Shown in pieces: positions 54,761 to 64,000 of a stretch of 64,000 nucleotides of DNA. Numbering within the stretch: the first letter of the stretch is position 1; each line of letters starts with the position of its first letter. The stretch is from assembly GCF_009914755.1 (NCBI RefSeq), contig NC_060927.1. One strand, given 5' to 3'. Below the pieces are notes generated by a model. The model was not told the DNA's origin. It made no database searches and saw only the letters and a program-made list of their open reading frames with translations. This stretch comes from the human T2T-CHM13v2.0 reference genome, Homo sapiens. A program made the position numbers and the translations under genes.

Positions 54761-55129
54761 TCTTGCTCTTGCTCACTCTTTAAGTCCGTACTGCTTTTAT
54801 AAGCTGTAACACTTACCACAAAGGTCTGCAGCTTCACTCCAGAAGCTAGCGAGACCATGAACCCACTGAGAGGAATCAACAGTTATGAATGGGAGGAACG
54901 AACAATTCTAGACGCACCACCTTAAAAGCCGTAACACTCACTGCAGAGTTCTACAGCTTCATTCCTGAAGCCAGAGAGACCACGAACCCACCAGAATGAA
55001 GAAACTCCATACACGTCCGAACATCAGAAGGAACAAATTCTGAACACACCATCTTTAAGAACTGTAACACTCACTGCGAGGGTCCGTGGCTTCATTCTTG
55101 AAGTCAGTGAGACCAGGAACCCACCAATT

Positions 55130-55366
55130 GGCTGGACGCGGTGGCTCACGCCTGTAATCCCAGCACTTTGGGAGGCCGAGGCAGGTGGATCACTACTAAA
55201 AAATACAAAAATTAGCTGGGTGTGATGGCGGACGCCTGTAGTCCCAGGTACTCGGGAGGCTGAGGCAGGAGAATGGCAGGAACCCAGGAGACGGAGCTTG
55301 CAGTTAGCCAAGATCGCGCCACTGCACTCCAGCTTGGGTGACAGAGCCAGACTCTATCTCAAAAAA
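55130..55366 (+). mobile_element. AluY with about 50-bp left-arm deletion, inserted near the LTR12 3' end
   Basis: GGTGGATCAC joins directly to TACTAAAAAATAC; TSD AACCCACCAATT (55118-29) vs AACACACCAGTT (55367-78). Confidence 0.93.
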
Positions 55367-55499
55367 AACACACCAGTTTCGGACACACTATGACTGTTAG
55401 AAATCTCTAGCATGGGCAAAGGAAAGGGAAGTGGTGACTCGCTTACCATGTATGTATTATTTTTAATCTGAATTCTTCTTAATTGAGATCATTCCTATA

Positions 55500-55875
55500 C
55501 TGAGATTAAGCAATTGATCTTTCTGAATCCAAATGAAGAATTTCACTTTACATTTACCAAGTTAGGAATTACTAATTTTAGTCCATTATTCTAGTCTGTT
55601 GATCTTATCTCACATTTTGATTCTGACACCAAATATATTTGTTATTCCTTATATTTATAGGACATTCACAAATTTGATAAGCATAAACACTACATTTTTA
55701 TCCAAAGCACTCGCTAAAATGTAGAACAAAGATATTTTCATACTTTAATAATCTCTAATATTTTTCCTAAACCAGAACGGAGAGCAAATATTGTTCCCCA
55801 TACCTAGGTTATATCTAATGGCAATTAAGGAGCAGGCCAGAAAACAGTCCTATGCTCAGCCACTACAGATTTCTT
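55500..55875 (-). mobile_element. L3/CR1 LINE fragment (RT region)
   Basis: CAAATTTGATAAGCAT..TTTATCCAAAGCACT..TAAAATGTAGAACA..GCCACTACAGA match reverse CR1 RT motifs. Confidence 0.65.
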
Positions 55876-55973
55876 TTAAATGTGATTTCATGAGAATATG
55901 AATATGAAGAGAATATTAAATATACTTGCCTTCGAAAAATAACATTATTTATTCAATATAAATGAGTAGAAGA

Positions 55974-56307
55974 GGCCAGGCGCAGTGGCTCACTCCTGTC
56001 ATCCCAACACTTTGGGAGGCCGAGGCCAGCATTTCATCAGGTCAGGAGATCGAGACCATCCTGGCCAACATGGTGAAACTCCGTCTCTACTAAAAATACA
56101 AAAATTAGCTGGGCGTGGTGGCACGTGCCTGTAATCCCAGCTACTTGGGAGGCAGAGGCAGGAGAATCGCTTGAACCAGGGAGTCAGAGGTTGCAGTGAG
56201 CCAAGATCACGCCACTGCACTCCAGCCTGAGGACAGAGTGAGACTCCGTCTCAAAATAAATAAACAAACAAATAAATAAATAAAAACAAAAATAATAAAA
56301 ATAAAAA
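55974..56307 (+). mobile_element. AluSc-type
   Basis: GAGATCGAGACCATCCTGGCCAACATGG, GAACCAGGGAGTC; TSD ATAAATGAGTAGAAGA / ATAAATGGATAGAAAA (13/16). Confidence 0.93.
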
Positions 56308-57973
56308 ATAAATGGATAGAAAAGATATGTAAGTAGTTCCAAGGAGGGAGTATATAGAAAAAAAAAATGTTCATTGAAGATGAAGGCAGTAGAAAAAGAA
56401 TATAGACTATTTAGACTATTTAAAAACTTTAAAAAAATTGAAAACATTTTATAAATCATCACAAAAATATGAATTAGACCAAAGAACTAAATTGCAACCC
56501 TGAAAAGGACTCTACATTTCTCTTCAATATTACACAGGAAAATGCCCGAAACCTTCAGGCAGCTTCCTAGCTGCAAAGTGGGGCAGGTCACAGCAAGCCC
56601 CCAGTGCTTACTGGCCAGTTCAAAACACTTCACTCCTGGGACCAGTAAAAGAGTAAGTTGTGAATACTGAAGCACTAAACAGCATGACACCTGGCTGCCC
56701 AGGAAACATTTTATCTGCTATGCCTAAAAGGCAGCTTGCTTATGGGTCTTTAAAAATCCGTACTGGCTTCTCACTGCTATTAGGAGGAAATGAATAAGCA
56801 AACCAAACTAAACTTTAGATTCTTTCTCCAGTACCACAGAAGCAAATACTGGGACTCTTTTTTTATAAATCTTTTTTATAAACTGGGTCCTGACTTTTCC
56901 ATCAGTGTGCCTGTCCCAATACTAAAAGAAATTTTATTTTGAAAAAGGCAAAAATATACATAAATCCAAAATACCCTTCATGTTATGGGAGGGATTGTTA
57001 TGGCAGCCAGCACCTGGGTGTATATACACAAGAGGCCGTTGCAGTTGTGCATATTTCTACTGCTCAGTCAAGGCAAACAGCAACCAGCTGGCTGTGACTA
57101 GCTCAGACTAATAAGCATAAAATCAACATAGGCTGATCCAGGCTGAATATCAGCATCTGTTATGCCATTGTCTCTGCTGATATGTCTGACTGAGCAGAAG
57201 GAAGAGCCAAATAGACAGCCTGCTATGAGGCAGAACACAACATGAGGAGCTTCTAACCACCTGCCAAGTTTTTGGTGAAGGAGCAATGGTGAGGAGACTA
57301 GTCAAATCCACAGAGAAGGTGCCTCATATGACCCTATAAACTCTGCTTTCTTTTCCAATCAGGTTTTCCCTTCTGCATTGCTTTGGGGTACTTTTAAACA
57401 AAAGGCAATAATAAAGAGCCATTGATGAGTCAAGAATTACATTAAAGATCAAGAATCATAATATCATTTTATGTTTCATTTCACTCACAAGAGACAGCCA
57501 GATGAGCAAATATAGCCGACCATGTGCTACTGCAACAAATGCTGAGGCATCCCTCTGACGTGAGCCAGTAATATTAAAAACATCAGTTATGGGGAAAACT
57601 TACCTCTCACCTATTCCTTCCTCAAGCTACTGTGGTTCTGCTCCTCAACTTGGCTTTGTCCCTGGGCATATGCACCACTTCCTGTCACTTCGGAAGCACT
57701 CAGAACATTAACATTACGCTCAGGCTCCTCTGATGCTTGATTACTCCACAGAGGAAACTACTCATCTCTCGAGAGGAGGGACTCTTAAATCATAATTTAA
57801 AGGCCAAGGTTGAAAACTGATGAAGAGGAAAAACAAATGTTATTTTTTCCAATCTTTCTTCTCTAATAGGCACGCCAGATTAGGGTTTTGAAAATACTAT
57901 CTTCTCTTAGTATTTGTCCAATGAAATAAACTGAAAATCACTTGTCATGTTTTAATAGGATAATACTCTCTGA

Positions 57974-58287
<314 letters not shown>

Positions 58288-58353
58288 TCTACAAAGTATT
58301 TTACAAAAAGAGTGTGAGTGTGGAAGTTTAGTGATTTTTAAAATGGTATTTCA

Positions 58354-58657
<304 letters not shown>

Positions 58658-59007
58658 TTAAAAGTGTGACCCAGAGGTGTGTATATAATTGATATGTAGA
58701 CATTCAAACATATCTGTAGTAGCTAAAGAAAATAAGCCATGAGGACTTTTTTTAAAAAAAAAAGAAAATAAGTGAGTTGAACAAAATAAGAAGAGGAGGC
58801 AAGGGAGATCAGAAATTTAGAATTTATATTATTTGGTGTAAATGGAGAGGAAAAAAAAGTTGTCTTAAATGTGAGGATTCCAAAACTGTGAATAACTCTG
58901 AGGAAAAAAGACTGATGCTGCAAATTAGCTCAGCATTTTTATGTTTTCTAGTGTTTTCAAGAAGCCCACATGGAGTACATTTAAAAGACACATCAGTACC
59001 TTATAAT

Positions 59008-59196
59008 TCAATGCTTTTCGATTTTCTCTGTGCATCAGAATTATCTGGCTAACTTTTTAAAAAATGTCCAAACTTTACATCACCATCTCCCCCTCATTCT
59101 GTAGTTTGTTTTACTTATGGGGGTGGAGCCCAGATAATAGAAACTTTTTAAAGCACTCCAGGGGATTTTGCTCCTGCCACAGCTAAGAACCACTAC
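59008..59196. mobile_element. MER5-type hAT-Charlie element
   Basis: TGTGCATCAGAATTATCTGG..GGGGTGGAGCCCAG..TTTTTAAAGCACTCCAGGGGATT..TAAGAACCACT. Confidence 0.65.
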
Positions 59197-59454
59197 AGCT
59201 GCAAAGGGAGAAATGCCCTAAAAGAACTAACGAGGATATGAGGAAAAGAGATTTTGGGTATCTCACCAACTCTCCTTTACAAGGTTTCTGAAGTCATGTG
59301 TGTGTGTGGTTTTGAAAGTTTCCACTAAATGATGACACTATAGAGCAAAGATCCTCACTCTCTTTAGATACTTGAACTGGATAAACCAAGCTTTCATAAG
59401 AGAAAATTGAAAGTAAAGCTCAACCAATTCAGTTGTCACATCTAAGAATTAAGA

Positions 59455-60529
59455 CTTTTTTCTTTTGGTGTGGGCATTATAAATGGGATTGTGTTCTTTA
59501 TTTGGCCCTCAGCTTGAATGTTGTTATTGGTTAATAGAAATACTGATGTTTGTACATTGATTTTATATCCTGAAACATTACTGAAGTCGTTTATCAGTTC
59601 CTGGAGCCTTTTGGCAGAGTGTTTAGGGTTTTCTAGGTATAGAATCATATCTTCTGCAAAGAGAGATACTTTGACTTCTTTTCCTATTTGGATGCCTTCT
59701 ATTTCTTTCTCTTGCCTGATTACTGTGACTAGGACTTCCAGTACCATGTTAAATAGGAGTGTTGAGAGTGGGCATCATTTTTGTGTTCTGGTTCTCAAGG
59801 GCAATGCTTCCAGTTTTTTCTTATTCAGTATGATGTTGACTGTGGGTTTGTCATAGATGGCTCTTATTGTTTTGGAGTATGTTCCTTCAATGCCTAGTTT
59901 ATTGAGGGTTTTATCATGAAGGGATGTTGGAATTTTTTTTCTTTTTTTTTTTTTTTAGATGAAGTCTTGCTCTGTCACCCAGGCTGGAGTACAGTGGCGT
60001 GATCTCGGCTCACTACAAGCTCTGCCTCCCAGATTCACACCATTCTCCTGCCTCAGCCTCCAGGCACCTCAGGACTACAGGCACCCGCCACCACGCCCGA
60101 CCACTTTTTTGTATTTTTAGTAGAGAAGGGGTTGCACCATGTTAGCCAGGATGATCTCGATCTCCTGACCTCCTGATCCACGTGCCTCAGCCTCCCAAAG
60201 TGCTGGGATTACAAGCGTGAGCTACAATGTTGGATTTTTATCAAAAGTTTCTTCATGTATGTTGAGATGACCATATAATTTTTTGAAAACTTTCTGTTTA
60301 TGTGGTGAATCACATTTATTGATTTGTGCATGTTGAAACAAATTTGCATCCCAGGAATGAGTCCTACTTGATCATGGTGAATTAACTTTTTGATGTGCTG
60401 TTGAATTCAGTTTGCTGGTATTTTGTTGGGAACTTTTGTGTCTATGTTGATCAGGGATATTGGCCTGCTGCTTTGTTTTTATTTGATGTGCACTTGGCAA
60501 ATTTTGGTATCAGGGTGATGCTGGCTTCA
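59455..60529 (-). mobile_element. L1PA15/16-like, 5'-inverted segment (ORF2 RT region), interrupted by AluY
   Basis: Minus ORF 59442-59747 translates to L1 RT ([46 protein letters not shown]); shares TSD with the forward segment. Confidence 0.92.
59937..60226 (-). mobile_element. AluY (about 10 nt 5'-truncated) inside inverted L1 segment
   Basis: Y diagnostics; TSD ATGTTGGA(A/T)TTTT at 59924-36 and 60227-39. Confidence 0.93.
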
Positions 60530-61577
60530 CCTAATTAAACTAAAGAGCTTCTGCACAGCAAAACACACTTTCTGCATAGCAAAAGACACAGAGTAAACAG
60601 ACAACCAACAGAATGGGTGAAAATATTCAAGAACTATGCATCCAAAAAAAGTCTAATAACCAGAATCTGTAAGGAAATTAAACAACTTGACTAGCAAAAT
60701 ATATATATATATATATAATAATCCCTATGAAAAATGGGCTAAAGACATGAGCAGACACTTCTCAAAGAAGACATACAAGTAGCCAACAAACATGAAAAAA
60801 TGTGCAACATCACTAATCATCAGAGAAATGCAAATAAAAACCACAATGAGATAAGATCTCACACCAGTCAGAATGGCTATAATTAGAAAGTCAAAAAACA
60901 ACAGGTATTGGTAAGACTGTGGAGAAAAGGGAATGCTTATACACTGTTGATGAGAATGTAAATTAGTTCAGCCTCTGTGGAAAGCAGTTTGGAGAGTTCT
61001 CAAAGAATTTAAAACAGAACTACCATTTGACCAATCAATCCCATTACTGGGCATATACTCAAATGAAAACAAATTATTCTACCAAAAAGACTCATACACT
61101 CACATGTTCATTGCAGCACTGCTTACAATAGCAAAGACATAGTATCAACCTAGATGCTCATCAACAGTGGATTAAAGAACCGCATATACTATGGAATATT
61201 TTATGTTGTTATGGCTGGTTATGTGGCCATAAAAAAGAATAAAATCATGTATTTTGCAGCAACGTGGATGCAGCTAGAGGTCATTATCTTAAGTGAATTA
61301 ACACAGGAAAATCAAATATTCCATGTTCTTACCTATAATTGGGAGCTAAACACTGGCTATGCATGAACATAAAGACGGCAACAATAAACACTGGGGACTA
61401 CATGGGGGAGAGAGGGATGGGCACAAGAGTTGAAAAAACTAACTGTTGGGTATTATGATCAGTACCTGTGTGACAGGATCAGTTACACCCCTCTGGGTAT
61501 ATTGCATAATGCAATATACCGAGGTAATAAATCTGCACATATATAACCCCTGCATCTAAAATAAAAGTTGAAAGAAA
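60529..61577 (+). mobile_element. L1PA15/16-like forward 3' segment
   Basis: ACCTAATTAAACTAAAGAGCTTCTGCACAGC..CTCACACCAGTCAGAATGGCTA..CTAAAATAAAAGTTGAAA; TSD AAGAATTAAGA at 59444-54 and 61578-88. Confidence 0.93.
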
Positions 61578-61756
61578 AAGAATTAAGAAACTTATTCTTA
61601 AAGAGGTGAAGTGACTTTACTTATTACATATGATGAACTGTATTTCAGATTGGAGGTCTGCTATATTCTCTTCAGTGCCTATAGCTCTTTGTCCATGGCT
61701 AAAATAAGAAACTAATCAGTTTTAGAAATGTCATTATGAGTCTAAGAACCCGTCCC

Positions 61757-61861
61757 TTTTTTTTTTTTTTTTTTTTTTTTTGAGACGGAGTCTCACTCTG
61801 TCGCCCAGGCTGGAGTGCAGCGGTGCCATCTCAGCTCACTACAACCTCCACTTCCCAGGTT
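61757..61861 (-). mobile_element. heavily 5'-truncated Alu (about 80 bp plus 25-nt tail)
   Basis: T25 then GAGACGGAGTCTCACTCTGTCGCCCAGGCTGGAGTGCAG..CCCAGGTT; TAAGAACC on both flanks. Confidence 0.92.
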
Positions 61862-62051
61862 AAGAACCGCTATCTTGAAGTGTGTGTCTCAGTACCGTGC
61901 TCCCCAGGTGATTTTGGAGAGGCTGAATAAGCAGAGGCAAGAAGGAAACAGGGCCCACTTGAAAGAAGTTTAATGAATTTAGAGCCGAAGTGTTCATTTA
62001 GTTAAGAAAGTTGGGTGAGACAAGAATGTATATCTATATTTAAGAAAAGAA

Positions 62052-63215
<1,164 letters not shown>

Positions 63216-63314
63216 AATAAGAGAAGAGGCAGTAGAAAAGAAAGAGAAAAAAGGAAAGTTTATTTCCTTTAGCCAAAAAACTTTCAGAGTTAGTGGGAAA
63301 ACACTAAAGGAAGT

Positions 63315-63560
63315 ACTGTAGTAAACTGATTTAATACTCTGACCTTTGCAGTCAAGTAAAAGTGGGTTCAAAATCTTTATCTGACACTTATTTCCAATGT
63401 AATATTAGACAATTGCTCAATTTCTTTAAGCCTATTGTGTTCATCCATAATATAAAAATAATAAAATCTAACTTATGAAATTGTTTCAGGCATTAAATTA
63501 GGTAAGAGTAAATTAAAAGTTTTTCTGGCTTAAGAAAATTGTTCAATTAAAAAATAGATT
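63315..63560 (+). mobile_element. MIR
   Basis: TGGGTTCAAAATC..CTTTAAGCCT..TCATCCATAATAT.AAAATAATAA..ATTAAATTAGGTAA. Confidence 0.65.
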
Positions 63561-64000
63561 ACAGTAATCTCTTTTCTCATCTTCTTTTTTCATCTTTATA
63601 CATATTGTGCTAAATGCTATAAATATTATGTTGCCCGATAAGAATACGGTCCCTACTCCTGCAGAACCTAATGATTCTCTTAGAATTAGACCTAAAGACA
63701 AAGTTACGTCAGCTACCTAAGCATCTCACAGTGTGAAACCTCTAACCTCTATGTGCTTTCACTAAACATAGCATTTGCTTGCTCAGGCTATCAATCAACT
63801 GAACAAAGAAACAAAACAACCCCTCAAACCAGAAAATCCATAATCTTCAAGTACATCTCGTTCTTTGAAGTAGATGTTGCCATTATTATAAAGGTCAACT
63901 CTTCATTCAGGGTTTAGATGGGTGATATTTGAAGAAGGCTGAACATATTGGATTAATGACTGACAGTAAGAGATTACCAAACTAGGCATATAGTAAATGC

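Larger units (their letters stand above)
53784..55387 (+). mobile_element. LTR12 (ERV9/HERV9; LTR12C/E-type) solo LTR containing an AluY
   Basis: Begins TGAGAGGTGACAGCGTGCTGGCAG, ends CGGACACA; perfect 4-bp TSD CTAT (53780-83, 55388-91); U3 CACCAATCAGCACTCTGTGTCTAGCT repeats and U5 TGTAACACTCAC repeats. Confidence 0.97.

Noticed and set aside
59442-59747. Reverse transcriptase ORF as a novel RT system
   Set aside because: Ordinary decayed L1 ORF2 fragment; the catalytic FADD reads FAED and the element is truncated and inverted

Overview
Primate (human-like; AluY, LTR12/ERV9, L1PA present) AT-rich non-coding genomic DNA. I find no protein-coding exon, tRNA, rRNA or CRISPR array. The listed ORFs are repeat-derived or chance; one is a decayed L1 ORF2 reverse-transcriptase fragment. 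Roughly half the window is recognisable transposon debris: 13 Alu/FLAM elements (most with readable target-site duplications), about 14 MaLR LTRs, old and mid-age L1s (one 5'-inverted), L2/L3/MIR, and hAT/Tc1 DNA transposons. The most interesting part is 53.8-62.4 kb. It holds a solo LTR12 with an intact CCAAT array but a mutated GATA site. Downstream are a candidate spliced exon with a small ORF, a unique segment with nested inverted ARE/MARE motifs, and a dense cluster of opposite-orientation Alus. There is also a perfect 63-bp tandem duplication bracketed by an inverted repeat. Subfamily names are from memory of consensus sequences, and boundaries of old elements are approximate. I cannot identify the locus or support a genuinely new biological system from sequence alone.
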